A stretch of 64,000 nucleotides of DNA from an uncultured delta proteobacterium (GCA_963785725.1 CAWAWS010000039.1:352001-416000); one strand, 5' to 3'. Positions 47,565 to 58,921 are shown, numbered from the stretch's first letter. Numbers and translations are program-made. The notes: a model not told the origin generated them from the sequence alone.

Positions 47565-49054
47565 GAGGGCTCGCCTGGTTCGTTGATGGCGTTGATCGCC
47601 CGCGTGTCGTTGGCGGCCGGCGTTTCCTGCGGGCCGGCGCGGTCGATCTCGACGGTGAAGGTCGAGCCCGCGCCCAAGCTGGAGTCGACGTGGATGGTGC
47701 CGCCGTGCGCGAGGACGATCTGGCGCGTGATGTATAAGCCCAGTCCGAGGCCGCCGTAGTTGAGCGACACGGCGCGCTCGAAGCGGCCGAAGATGCGCGT
47801 GTGATCGGCCGCGGCCACGCCGATTCCGTGGTCGCGCACGCGCAGCCGCGCCTTGTGCTCGTCGAGCTCGAGCGTGACGTCGATGGGCTTGCCCTCGCCG
47901 TATTTGACGGCGTTGGTCATGAGATTGACCACCACTTGCTCGAGGCGCAGCGGATCCCAGCGGCCGAGCGCGGTGTCGGGCAGGTTCAGCGTCAACGTCG
48001 AGCCCGAGCGCGCCAGCTCGGCCGACAGCTGCGCCGCGACGTCGCGAATACAGGCGCTCAGGTCGGTGTCCTCGAGCTGCAAGCCGAAGCGGCCGACGGC
48101 GATGCGCGACACGTCGAGCAAGTTGTTGATGAGCCGCTCGAGGCGTCGCACCTGCCGCTCGGTCAGCGCGAACGAGGAGGCGACGCGCTTGGCCTCCAGC
48201 CGATCGGCGATGGTCGGCGGCATCTCGATGAGCGACTGCACTTGCAGCTTCAGCGACGTCAACGGCGTCTTCAGCTCGTGCGAGGCCACCGACAGGAACT
48301 CGTCACGCACGCGAACCGCTTGGCGCGCCTGCTCTTGGCGATGGCCGATCTCGTGCAGCATGTGGTTGAAGGCGTCGGCCAGCTGGCCAATCTCGTCGCC
48401 GCCGTCGTCGTCGGCGCGCACGGTGTAGTCGGCCGATTGCGCGATCTTGCGCGCGATGTCGGCGAGCTTGGCCAGCCGCTTGGAGATGATGCGCTCGAGC
48501 GCCGCCGCCAACAGCACCGACGCGGCGATGACGCCGACGACGAGCCACAGGAGGCCCCAGAGGTAGGCGTGCACGCGCGCCGTCAACGGCGCGGCCTCGG
48601 TGTGCAGGACGAGCGTGCCGAAGCGCGCGTCGTTGTGGTCGACGGGGCGAACGACGGTGATGCGATCGCCGTCGATGGTGGTGCCGGACGCGGCGCCGGC
48701 GACGTCGGCCGGCGGCGGCAGCAGATCGCGCTCGCCGCGCGCGAACGACGCGAACAGCTGGCCGTGCGTGTCGTAGAGCGCGGCGTCGCGGAAGAATTTG
48801 TGGCGGCCGAGCGCCTGCAGCGCCTGCTCGGCGGCGGCGCGCTCGTCGAACGCCAGCGCCGCCGCGCCATAATCGGCGACGACCGAGCCCATGAGCGCGC
48901 TCTCGGCCAGCATGTCGGCGCGGATCTGCCCGATCTCGCGCTCGGCGACGAAGATGAGCACCGTGAACACCGGCACCAAGATCGACGTCAGCGTGAGCGC
49001 GATCAGCTTGCCGCGAATCGACGCCGTGGCCACCTTGCGGCGTTCGCCCGTCAT
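47561..49054 (-). CDS. Membrane sensor histidine kinase (YfiN-like CHASE8 periplasmic domain, HAMP, HisKA, HATPase)
   Basis: Two TMs; AALAFDERAAAEQAL; DEIGQLADAFNHML; SHELKTPL; NAVKY; DHGIG; GLGLGL. Confidence 0.92.
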   Translation of the reverse strand: MTGERRKVATASIRGKLIALTLTSILVPVFTVLIFVAEREIGQIRADMLAESALMGSVVADYGAAALAFDERAAAEQALQALGRHKFFRDAALYDTHGQLFASFARGERDLLPPPADVAGAASGTTIDGDRITVVRPVDHNDARFGTLVLHTEAAPLTARVHAYLWGLLWLVVGVIAASVLLAAALERIISKRLAKLADIARKIAQSADYTVRADDDGGDEIGQLADAFNHMLHEIGHRQEQARQAVRVRDEFLSVASHELKTPLTSLKLQVQSLIEMPPTIADRLEAKRVASSFALTERQVRRLERLINNLLDVSRIAVGRFGLQLEDTDLSACIRDVAAQLSAELARSGSTLTLNLPDTALGRWDPLRLEQVVVNLMTNAVKYGEGKPIDVTLELDEHKARLRVRDHGIGVAAADHTRIFGRFERAVSLNYGGLGLGLYITRQIVLAHGGTIHVDSSLGAGSTFTVEIDRAGPQETPAANDTRAINAINEPGEPS

Positions 49055-49620
49055 GGGCCGCTCCCGGTGACGACGCGGGCGAAGCGCAAGAGCTGCGCGC
49101 TCAGCTTGAGCCCGCTCTTCTTGACGCCTTCGGCGCAGATCTCGAAGCGCACGTGGTTGCCCTCGTCGAGGTAGAGATTGATGAGCACGCCCTCGTGCGC
49201 AAAGCCGTCGCTGTCGCCGACGGTGAGGATGGGATGGCCGGCCGTGCGCTGCACCAGCTGCTTCAGCCGCGACCGCTCCGACGCGGCGATGAACGCGACC
49301 TGGCAGCCGCTCAGATCGCCGTCGGCTTTGACCTGACGCAGCTCGGCGTGGCGATCGTCGATGCGGTGATCGCGCGCCAGCACGAACTGCAGCGGCTGCA
49401 AGAGCGGCGTGTCGCCGACGACGCACAGCGTGAAGGGCGCGGTGCTGCCGGCGAACGCTTCGTTGGGCCAGTCGACGAAGTGCGTGAAGCGCTCGATGAC
49501 CTCGGCCTTGATGGCGTGCTCGAGCCGTTCGTCGGACGAGGCGCGCGCGGGCATGCTCAGCGTCGCCAGCGTCAGCGCCAGCGCCAGCTTTGCCCTCCAG
49601 CGCCGCCCCGACGCGCCCAT
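49051..49620 (-). CDS. yfiR: YfiR/DUF4154-family periplasmic protein
   Basis: Signal peptide; IKAEVIERFTHFVDWP, LCVVG, CQVAFI, LTVGDS, VRFEI, LKLSAQLLRFA. Confidence 0.85.
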   Translation of the reverse strand: MGASGRRWRAKLALALTLATLSMPARASSDERLEHAIKAEVIERFTHFVDWPNEAFAGSTAPFTLCVVGDTPLLQPLQFVLARDHRIDDRHAELRQVKADGDLSGCQVAFIAASERSRLKQLVQRTAGHPILTVGDSDGFAHEGVLINLYLDEGNHVRFEICAEGVKKSGLKLSAQLLRFARVVTGSGP

Positions 49621-49780
49621 ACGAAATCCCCCCGCGCGTATCTTACACCCACAGTCGCGGTGCATGGGCGAGCGACCGTCGATCACGGAATCCACCGATT
49701 CCCGGGGTGTGACGTGGCCTTAGCTGTGCGACCTTATGTCGCATGTTCAGCGGGCGGCGATGGTGCTTACGATCGTTTGC

Positions 49781-50269
49781 ATGGGATTTGCGGGGACGGG
49801 TGCGCGGCGAATCCTCGTGGTCGAGGACGACTTGCAGCTCCGCGAGTCGGTCTCGCAGACGCTGGCGCAAGAGGGCTACGACGTCGTGACGGCGCGCAAC
49901 GGCCGCGAAGGCCTGGAGCTGGCCGCGAGCTCGCCGCCCGATCTGGTGCTGCTCGATCTGATGATGCCGGTCATGAGCGGCTGGGAATTTCGCGAGCGCC
50001 AGCAGCTGCATCCCGAATTGGCGGCGATCCCAGTCGTCGTCATGACGGCGACGCCGTCGCTGGAGGCGGCCGCCATCGAAGCCGCCGATCTGCTGCTCAA
50101 GCCGGTGCGTCCGAGCGATCTGCTGGCGACGGTGGTGCGGCACATCGGCGAGGCCTTCGACGACCTCGTCGACACGACGGGCAACGACTTCGCCGACGCG
50201 CCCAACACCGAGCCCAACGCGCCCGCGCTGCCGTTCGAAGATCACGACAGCAGCCGTCATCATCATTGA
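49781..50269 (+). CDS. Single-domain response regulator with acidic tail
   Basis: LVVEDD, LLDLMMPVMSGWEF, VMTA, LLKP. Confidence 0.88.
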   Translation: MGFAGTGARRILVVEDDLQLRESVSQTLAQEGYDVVTARNGREGLELAASSPPDLVLLDLMMPVMSGWEFRERQQLHPELAAIPVVVMTATPSLEAAAIEAADLLLKPVRPSDLLATVVRHIGEAFDDLVDTTGNDFADAPNTEPNAPALPFEDHDSSRHHH

Positions 50270-50370
50270 CCGTCGGTTTTGCGTCGTCGCGGCTGTAGTC
50301 CGGCAGACAGCGCCGACTCGTCGTGAAGTTCGCGCTGGCGGCGGCGCGCGCGCGCGTTACAAGAAATCGC

Positions 50371-51510
50371 ATGACCCGCCCGATCCCGCCCGCCGCGCTG
50401 CAGCTTCGTTCGCTCGTCAAGCCCTCGGGTGAGCTCGAGGTGTCGCTGGCCGAGGTCGAGACGCCGACGCCGGACACGCATGAAGTGGTCGTGCGCATCG
50501 ACGCGTCGCCGATCAATCCGTCGGACATCGGGCTCTTGTTCGCGGCGATCGATCCGCTGGCGGCCAAGATCGCGGGCACGTCCGCGCGGCCGATCTTGAC
50601 CGGCCCGCTGTCGGCGGGCGCGCTGAAGGCGCTCGCCGGCCGCGTCGGCGTGCCGATGCCGGTCGGCAACGAAGGCGCCGGTCGCGTCGTCGCCGCCGGC
50701 ACGTCGGAGGCGGCGCAGGCGCTCGTCGGCAAGTTGGTGGCGGTGTCGGGCGGCGGGATGTACGCGCAATATCGCTGCCTGCCGATCGAGCAGTGCCTGC
50801 TCTTGCCCGACGACGTGACGGCGGCCGAGGGCGCGGCGGCGTTCGTCAACCCGCTGACCGTGCTCGGCATGGTGGAGACGATGCGCCGCGAGGGCCACAC
50901 GGCGCTGGTGCACACGGCGGCGACCTCGAACGTCGGGCAGATGCTGGTGCGGCTGTGCCGCGACGACGAGATCCCGCTGGTCAACATCGTGCGCAAGCCG
51001 GAGCAGGTGGCGCAGCTGCGCGAGCTGGGCGCGCAATTCGTTTGCGACTCGAGCGCGCCGACGTTCCTGGCCGAGCTGACCGAGGCGCTGGCGCAGACCG
51101 GCGCGACGCTGGCGTTCGACGCCACCGGCGGCGGCAAGCTGGCCGGGCAGATTCTCGGCTGCATGGAGGCGGCGCAGAGCCGCAACGCCAAAGCCTACAG
51201 CCGCTACGGCTCCACGACGCACAAGCAGGTCTACATCTACGGCGGCCTCGACAGCGGGCCGACCGAGCTGGTCCGCAACTTCGGCATGGCGTGGGGCATC
51301 GGCGGCTGGCTCGTGTTCCCGTTCTTGCAGAAGCTGGGCGCGGCGGCGACGGAGCTCTTGAAGCGGCGGGTCGTGGCCGAGCTGAAGACGACGTTCGCGA
51401 CGACGTATGCGCGCGAAATTTCGCTGGCCGAGGTGCTGTCGAAGGAGGCGATCGCCGTCTACGCCAAGCGCACGACGGGCCAGAAGTTCCTGGTCAACCC
51501 CAACAAGTAA
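50371..51510 (+). CDS. MDR-superfamily (zinc-independent) NAD(P)H oxidoreductase
   Basis: SPINPSD, GNEGAG, FVNPLTVLGM, HTAATSNVGQML, FDATGGG. Confidence 0.88.
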   Translation: MTRPIPPAALQLRSLVKPSGELEVSLAEVETPTPDTHEVVVRIDASPINPSDIGLLFAAIDPLAAKIAGTSARPILTGPLSAGALKALAGRVGVPMPVGNEGAGRVVAAGTSEAAQALVGKLVAVSGGGMYAQYRCLPIEQCLLLPDDVTAAEGAAAFVNPLTVLGMVETMRREGHTALVHTAATSNVGQMLVRLCRDDEIPLVNIVRKPEQVAQLRELGAQFVCDSSAPTFLAELTEALAQTGATLAFDATGGGKLAGQILGCMEAAQSRNAKAYSRYGSTTHKQVYIYGGLDSGPTELVRNFGMAWGIGGWLVFPFLQKLGAAATELLKRRVVAELKTTFATTYAREISLAEVLSKEAIAVYAKRTTGQKFLVNPNK

Positions 51511-51525
51511 ACGAGTGTTTACTTA
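51505..51525. repeat. Palindrome AAGTAAAC-GAGT-GTTTACTT filling a convergent gene junction
   Basis: Perfect 8-bp arms overlapping both stop codons; near-identical copy at 11321-11339. Confidence 0.75.
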
Positions 51526-53351
51526 GGCGCTGGCGATGGTCGTCGCCGGCGCCGCGGCCGGGCGCGGGTCGCGGAATTGGCGGCGGTGCAGGTCGGCGTA
51601 GACGCCGCCGTGGGCGATGAGCTCGTCGTGGCGGCCGCGCTCGACGACGCGGCCGTTGTCGAGCACGAGGATGAGGTCGGCGTTGCGAATCGTCGACAGG
51701 CGGTGCGCGATGACGACGCTGGTGCGCCCCGAAAGCAGCGTCCCCAGCGCCTTTTGGATGACCGCTTCGGTGCGCGTGTCGATGTTGGCCGTGGCTTCGT
51801 CGAGGATGAGGATGCGCGGGTTGGCGAGCACGGCGCGGGCGAAGGCGAGCAGCTGGCGCTGGCCTTGGCTGAGCGTGATGCCGCCTTCGCCCAGCGGGTG
51901 TCGTAGCCGCCGGGCAAGGCGCGATGAAGTCGTGCGCGTCGACGGCGCGGGCGGCGGCTTCGACCTCGGCGCGCGGCGCGTCGGGGCGGCCGTAGGCGAT
52001 GTTGTCGGCGATGCTGCCGGAGAATAGGAACGGCTCCTGCAGCACCATCGCCAGCTGCGAGCGCAGGCTCTTGCGCGTGACCGAGCGGACGTCGTGGCCG
52101 TCGACGCGCACGACGCCGGCCGACGACGTCGTAGAAGCGCGGGATGAGGCTGGCGAGCGTCGTCTTGCCGGCGCCGGTCTTGCCGACGAGGGCGATGGTC
52201 TGGCCGGGCGCCGCTTCGAAGCTGACGTCGCGCAACACCGGATGCGCGGGGTCGTAAGCGAAGGAGACGTTCTCGACGCTGATGCGGCCTTCCAGCCGTC
52301 CGAGCACGGCGGCGTCGGCGGCGTCGGCGCGGCTCGCGCGTCTCGTCGAGGATGCTGTAGATGCGCTCGGAGCCGGCCAGCGCCGACTGCATGAGCGTGT
52401 ACACCGACGCCGCCAGCTGCACCGGGCCGGAAGAAGCTGCTGCACGTAGATGAGGAACGCCGCCAAGAGGCCGATCGTGAGCCGATTGCGCGAGCACCAG
52501 ATGGCCGCCGTAGCCGATGACGAGCGCGATCGACAGCGTCGAAAGATGTCGATGGCGGGCGAGAACGCGCTGGTGATGCCGACGGCGGCTGACGTTGGCG
52601 TCGCGGTTGGCGGCGTTGCGCTGGCGGAACTTCTGGATGTTGACGGCGGTGCGGTTGAACGCCTGCGCCTGGCGCACGCCGACGATCTCCTCCTGCAGGT
52701 CGGCGGTGACGTTGCCGACGGTCTCGCGCGTCTTGCGGAAGGCGGCGCGGGCGCGCGCGGCGAAGAACGCCGTCATCAGCAGCATCGCCGGGATGATCGC
52801 GTAAGCAGACGAGCGCCAAGCGCCAATTGAGGACGAGCATGGCGCCCAAGATGCCGACGAGGCCGAGCAGCGCGCCCAGGAGCTGCGTCAGACCTTGCGA
52901 GAACAGCTGATTGAGCGTGTCGACGTCGGACGAGAAGGCGGCTCATCAGATCGCCGACCGGCCGCTTGTCGAACCAGGCCAGCGGCAGCGCCTGCAACTG
53001 CGCGAACAGCCGCGCGCGCAGCGACGCCAAGAGGTGCTGGCCGGTCATGCCGACGCGGCGCGTTTGCGCGCGCTGCGCCAGCGCGCCGCCGACGTAGACG
53101 ACGAGCATGAGGCCGATCATGCGCATGAGCAGCGGCGGATTGTCGGAGCGCGATGGCGCGATCGATGGTGCGGCCGACGAGCCACGGGCCCGCCGCCTGC
53201 GCGCCGGCGTTGACGAGCACGTAGCCGAGCGCCGCGAACAGCATCGACTTCCACGGCGCCAACTCACCGACGAGCCGGCGCGCCGTCGCCGCGCGGTTGC
53301 GGGCGCGCTTCTCGTCCTGCGACGCCATCACCTCGAGCGAGCCTTGCCACC

Positions 53352-53355
<4 letters not shown>
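51523..53355 (-). pseudogene. ABC exporter permease/ATPase, subunit 2 (about 11 apparent frameshifts; possibly sequencing artefact)
   Basis: Fragments in three frames join into [54 protein letters not shown]. Confidence 0.85.
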
Positions 53356-55167
<1,812 letters not shown>

Positions 55168-55189
55168 CGTAGTAGCGACTATACCCGAG

Positions 55190-55312
55190 GCCGGCGGGCG
55201 TGAGCCGCCCGATCGCCGCGTTGTCGCTGCGGTCCGCTGCTCACGCACCAAAGCGTGCGCTCCGCTGCGGTCCTCGCTCCGCCTTGCGCTCGGGCCGCTC
55301 ACGCCCGCCGGC
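55190..55312. mobile_element. MITE/REP-like 123-bp element with 23-bp terminal inverted repeats
   Basis: GCCGGCGGGCGTGAGCCGCCCGA ... TCGGGCCGCTCACGCCCGCCGGC (22/23 match); internal GCTCACGCACCAAAGCGTGCGCTCCGC core. Confidence 0.6.
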
Positions 55313-55355
55313 TAGCGCCGGTCGGCGACGCTATCGGGGAGGGTGCGTGTGGCGG

Positions 55356-55859
55356 CTACCTCTGACCTTCGGACACGCGGCGCATGCTGTCGACGATCGC
55401 CAGCGCGCAGCCGGGGAAGATGCCGAACTGGATCTCGGGATGATGGCGCAGGAAATACTTGGCCAGCCAGCCGAGCGAGAGCGCGTCGAACCAGATGCCG
55501 GCCTTGACGCGCGTGTGGCCGGCGTCGGTGTCCTCGAGGTCGAAGCGAATGCGCAGGCCTTTGGGCTCGCCGGCGACCCAGTTCAGCTCGAGCCAGCGCT
55601 CGTGCTCCATGGTCAGCGCGCAGGTGAACTCGAAGCCGACCGAGACGAGCGAAATCTTGAAGCGCAGGTGGACGGTGACGCGGTCGCCTTGGCGCTTGAC
55701 CTTGTCGAGCATGGGAACGACGCCGGCGTAGCCGTCGAGGTTGGCGATGACGCTCCACACGCGCGAGCGCGGCGCTTCGATGTCGGCGACGGCGACGGAG
55801 CCGATGGGCTTGCCGGCGTGATCGAGGTCGACGGTCACGATCGGCTTCACATGCTCCAT
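55356..55859 (-). CDS. SRPBCC (polyketide cyclase/START-like) protein
   Basis: ADIEAPRSRVWSVIANLDGYAGVVP followed by a beta-rich body and C-terminal helix. Confidence 0.75.
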   Translation of the reverse strand: MEHVKPIVTVDLDHAGKPIGSVAVADIEAPRSRVWSVIANLDGYAGVVPMLDKVKRQGDRVTVHLRFKISLVSVGFEFTCALTMEHERWLELNWVAGEPKGLRIRFDLEDTDAGHTRVKAGIWFDALSLGWLAKYFLRHHPEIQFGIFPGCALAIVDSMRRVSEGQR

Positions 55860-55893
55860 TGCGCGAGGGTGCCACACCTCGGCGCGGCGCGCG

Positions 55894-56049
55894 TCACGGA
55901 TCGACATGCGTGGCGATTCCTTGGTTGAGGACGAGGTTGGTCCACGCCGGCAGCGCCGCGCCGGCGACGGTCGCGGACGAGGCGCGGTCGGAGCTGCAGG
56001 CGGGTGCGGCTGCGACGGCGAGATTGAAGGCGCGGGCGAGGTGTTTCAT
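55894..56049 (-). CDS. Small ORF (51 aa), possibly a truncated exported-protein gene
   Basis: Strong GGAGGAG RBS before ATG; signal-peptide-like MKHLARAFNLAVAAAPAC start. Confidence 0.4.
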   Translation of the reverse strand: MKHLARAFNLAVAAAPACSSDRASSATVAGAALPAWTNLVLNQGIATHVDP

Positions 56050-56104
56050 GACGCTCCTCCGGTCGCTGCGCGTGGTGTCGGATACGCGGGTGACCATAGG
56101 TCAG

Positions 56105-56121
56105 TGACTGGCGGTCAGTCA
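56105..56121. promoter_or_regulatory. Putative TetR-type operator TGACTG-N5-CAGTCA
   Basis: Perfect 6-bp inverted repeat about 55 nt upstream of the small ORF. Confidence 0.45.
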
Positions 56122-56224
56122 ATCGCAAATTGGGATCGGCGGTGGGCCGGCGCGGCGATGGGCGACGGGTGGGCGCGGTCGCTGCGTGCGGTGGTTGCGG
56201 CGGCGAGCGGTGACGGCGGCTTGC

Positions 56225-56390
56225 GGTTACGCGCGGTGCGGTTTGCGGCGGCGGCGGGTTTACGCGCGGTGCGGGTTTGCGGCGGTGGCGGCGGAGGGGT
56301 TTACGCGCGGTGCGGGTTTGCGGCGGGTGGCGGCGGAGGGGTTTACGCGCGGTGCGGGTTTGCGGCGGCGGAGGGGTTTACGCGCGGTTG
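56225..56390. repeat. G-rich tandem repeat, about 5 units of GGTTTACGCGCGGTGCGGGTTTGCGGCGG(...GGCGGAGG)
   Basis: Units begin near 56225, 56257, 56298, 56340 and 56375; lengths 32-42 nt vary in the GGC tail. Confidence 0.9.
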
Positions 56391-56437
56391 CTGCGGCTTG
56401 GGCGGCGCGGCGACGGCGCGCGGGCGGGCTGTGCCCG

Positions 56438-56542
56438 CGCGCGCCGTCGCTTCGTCGGGCCGGCCAGCGGTGGATCGGGCCACGCCGGCGCTTGGTTTAT
56501 CGCGGGCCGGCGCTCGGAGCGCCGACGCACGCCCCCAACAGC
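56438..56542. repeat. Dispersed intergenic element, copy 2 (homologous to 9509-9614)
   Basis: About 81% identity by hand alignment, same orientation. Confidence 0.85.
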
Positions 56543-56552
56543 AAGCGCTACG

Positions 56553-56594
56553 ACGAGTAACGGTTCGCGCGTCGCCACGATGAGCGTGAATGCC
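56553..56594. repeat. 42-bp repeat, inverted partner of 63702-63743
   Basis: ACGAGTAACGGTTCGCGCGTCGCCACGATGAGCGTGAATGCC; 40/42 identical to the reverse complement of 63702-63743. Confidence 0.9.
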
Positions 56595-56669
56595 CGGACG
56601 CGCGAAGGCGCGATTGGCGCGCCGGCCACACGATGACCCGGGTGCGCCGGACTATGCGGCGACCCCGTG

Positions 56670-57305
56670 CTACGCGATGACGCCCGCCAGCAAGGTGTCG
56701 ACGAGCTGCACCATCAGCTCCGGCGTTATCGGCGCCGGCGTGACCAGCGTGCGGCACCACAACGGCCCGAGCAGCATGTCGGTCACGAGCCCTTGGTCGA
56801 CGTCCGCGCGCAGCTCGCCGCGCGCGATGCCGCGATTGAGCGCCTGATGGTACAGCTTGCACCGCTTGTACAGCGCCGCCTGCACAGGCTCCTGCAGCTC
56901 CTGATGCGTCGCCGCCTCGCGCACGAGAATCTGCAGGATCCGCCCGGCGCGCCCCATCATGACCTGCCGGCTGCGCTCGATGAGCAGCAGCAAATCGCCG
57001 CGCACGCTGCCCGTGTCCGGCGACTCGACGAGCAGCGCATACAGCGGCCACGCCGCCGCCGCCAGCAGCGCCGGCTTCGACGGCCAGCGGCGATAGATCG
57101 TCGTCTTGGCCACGCCCGCCGCGTTGGCGACGGCGTCGATGCTCAGCCCGCCGTAGCCGTGCTTCTCCAATAGATCGAGCGCCGCGCCGAGGATGGCGGC
57201 GTCCGCATCTTCGTCGCGCGGCCGACCGGCGCCGGCGCGCGCGCCGCCCCGTCGCGGCTGCGGTGGCTTCTTCTTTGTCGCTTTGTGGCGCAATTTCGAG
57301 ATCAC
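56670..57305 (-). CDS. TetR/AcrR-family transcriptional regulator (start uncertain)
   Basis: GRPRDEDADAAILGAAL...LSIDAVANAAGVAKTTIYRRWPSK; PDTGSVRGDL; RGIARGELR. Confidence 0.92.
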   Translation of the reverse strand: MISKLRHKATKKKPPQPRRGGARAGAGRPRDEDADAAILGAALDLLEKHGYGGLSIDAVANAAGVAKTTIYRRWPSKPALLAAAAWPLYALLVESPDTGSVRGDLLLLIERSRQVMMGRAGRILQILVREAATHQELQEPVQAALYKRCKLYHQALNRGIARGELRADVDQGLVTDMLLGPLWCRTLVTPAPITPELMVQLVDTLLAGVIA

Positions 57306-57414
57306 TTGTATCACGACGCCGTTCCATGTCAACAGCGACGACAAACATGTTTCGTATACGATGATTTAGGAACTATCAGTTGCGTTTTCAATCGTGACGC
57401 TTTACAGATCGGGC

Positions 57415-58911
57415 ATGTCACGAACGACCCCAACGACCGCTGCCGCGACCGCGCTCGCGCTGCTCCTGACCGCCGCGCCCGCGCTGGCGCAACCGGGCGC
57501 GCACGGCGACAGCGGCACGCGCGCCGACGCCGCCGACGCGACGCTGCGGGCGCGCCTGACGACGCTCGTGGCGCGCCCCGCCGGCCTGCGCGCCGACGAC
57601 GTGGCCGCTCGCGCCGTCAAGACCAGCTTCGATCTGCGGCAGAAGCAGGCGGAGCTGACGGCGGCGGCGGCGAGCGTCGACCAGGCGCTCGTCGCCTACT
57701 TCCCGCGGCTGGCGCTGCTCGCGCGTTACGCGCGGCTGTCGTCGATCACGAACGAGAACTTGGGCAACGTCGTGCTCGCAGCGCAGCCGGGCCCGGCGCC
57801 GGCGCAGGGCGAGACCGTGGCGGTGCCGCTGGTGTTCCCGGCGCTCTTGAACCAGACGACGCTGCAGGCGAGCTTGACGGTGCCGCTGCTCGATTACGTG
57901 CTCAAGATTCCGGCGGTGCACGACGCGGCCAAGCATCAACGCGAGGCCGCCCGCTTCAGCGCCGAGGCCACGCGCCTGCAGATCGTCACCGACGCGCGCT
58001 CGGCGTATTATCAGTGGGCGCGGACACGGCTGCAGACGGTCGTGGCCGAGCAGGCGCTGGTGCAGGCGCGCGTCCATCTCGCCGACGCCCGCCGCGCCTT
58101 CGAGGTCGGTAACGCCAACAAAGCAGACGTCATGCGCGTTCAGGCGCAGACTGCGGCCAGCGAGCTGTTCCTCGAGCGGGCCAAGGATGCGGAGGCGGTG
58201 TGGGCGGTCGAGCTGCAGACGGCAATGCACGATGGCCAGCCGCCGAGCTACGAGATCGGCGAAGATCTGCGCGTGGACCTGCCGGCGATGCCGCTCGAAG
58301 GCCTGGACGCGCTCACCAACGAAGCCTGGAGCGCGCGTCGTGAAGTGCGCGTCTTGACCGAGAGCCTGCATGCGCAACAGGCGCAGACCAAAGCGACGCG
58401 CGCCGGCTGGCTGCCGCGCGTCGACGCCTTCGGTGACCTCCTGAGCGGCGATCCCAACCCGCGTTATTTCCCGCAAGTCGACCACTTTCGCTCGACCTGG
58501 GACGTGGGCGCGCAGCTGACCTGGAGCCCCAACGAAGCCGCCTCCGCCGAATATGGTGCGCGCGCGCAGCAGGCCAAAGCGGGCGCGATCGATGCCCAGC
58601 TCGGCCAGCTGCACGATCGCCTGCGCAACGAGATCATGCAGGCCTTGGCGTCGCTGCACGAGTCCGACTTCGCCGTGCAATCGACGGTGCGCGCGCTCGA
58701 CGCGTCCGAGGAATCCTATCGCGTGCGCCGCGATCTCTACGCCAACGGCCGCGCCACCAGCATCGAATTGACCGACGCCGAGACCGATCTGACGCAATCG
58801 CGTCTGAACGCCATCGGCGCCCGCATCGACCAGCGCGTCGCGCGCGTCCGCCTCGTGCACGCGCTCGGCCGCGACGCCGCCGGCGACGACAAAAACAAAT
58901 CGCAGGATTGA
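57415..58911 (+). CDS. TolC-family outer membrane efflux protein
   Basis: Signal peptide; YFPRL and WLPRV repeats; FEVGNANKADV and YANGRATSIELTDAE. Confidence 0.9.
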   Translation: MSRTTPTTAAATALALLLTAAPALAQPGAHGDSGTRADAADATLRARLTTLVARPAGLRADDVAARAVKTSFDLRQKQAELTAAAASVDQALVAYFPRLALLARYARLSSITNENLGNVVLAAQPGPAPAQGETVAVPLVFPALLNQTTLQASLTVPLLDYVLKIPAVHDAAKHQREAARFSAEATRLQIVTDARSAYYQWARTRLQTVVAEQALVQARVHLADARRAFEVGNANKADVMRVQAQTAASELFLERAKDAEAVWAVELQTAMHDGQPPSYEIGEDLRVDLPAMPLEGLDALTNEAWSARREVRVLTESLHAQQAQTKATRAGWLPRVDAFGDLLSGDPNPRYFPQVDHFRSTWDVGAQLTWSPNEAASAEYGARAQQAKAGAIDAQLGQLHDRLRNEIMQALASLHESDFAVQSTVRALDASEESYRVRRDLYANGRATSIELTDAETDLTQSRLNAIGARIDQRVARVRLVHALGRDAAGDDKNKSQD

Positions 58912-58921
58912 AGGAGAGCCT

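Noticed and set aside
56225..56390. Possible CRISPR array
   Set aside because: Sequences between the repeat cores are short GGC-rich variants of one another, not unique spacers, and no cas genes are present.
57330..57392. TetR operator in the tetR/tolC divergent region
   Set aside because: Several imperfect palindromes are present (AAACATGTTT, CGTATACG, AACT-ATC-AGTT) but none can be singled out from sequence alone.
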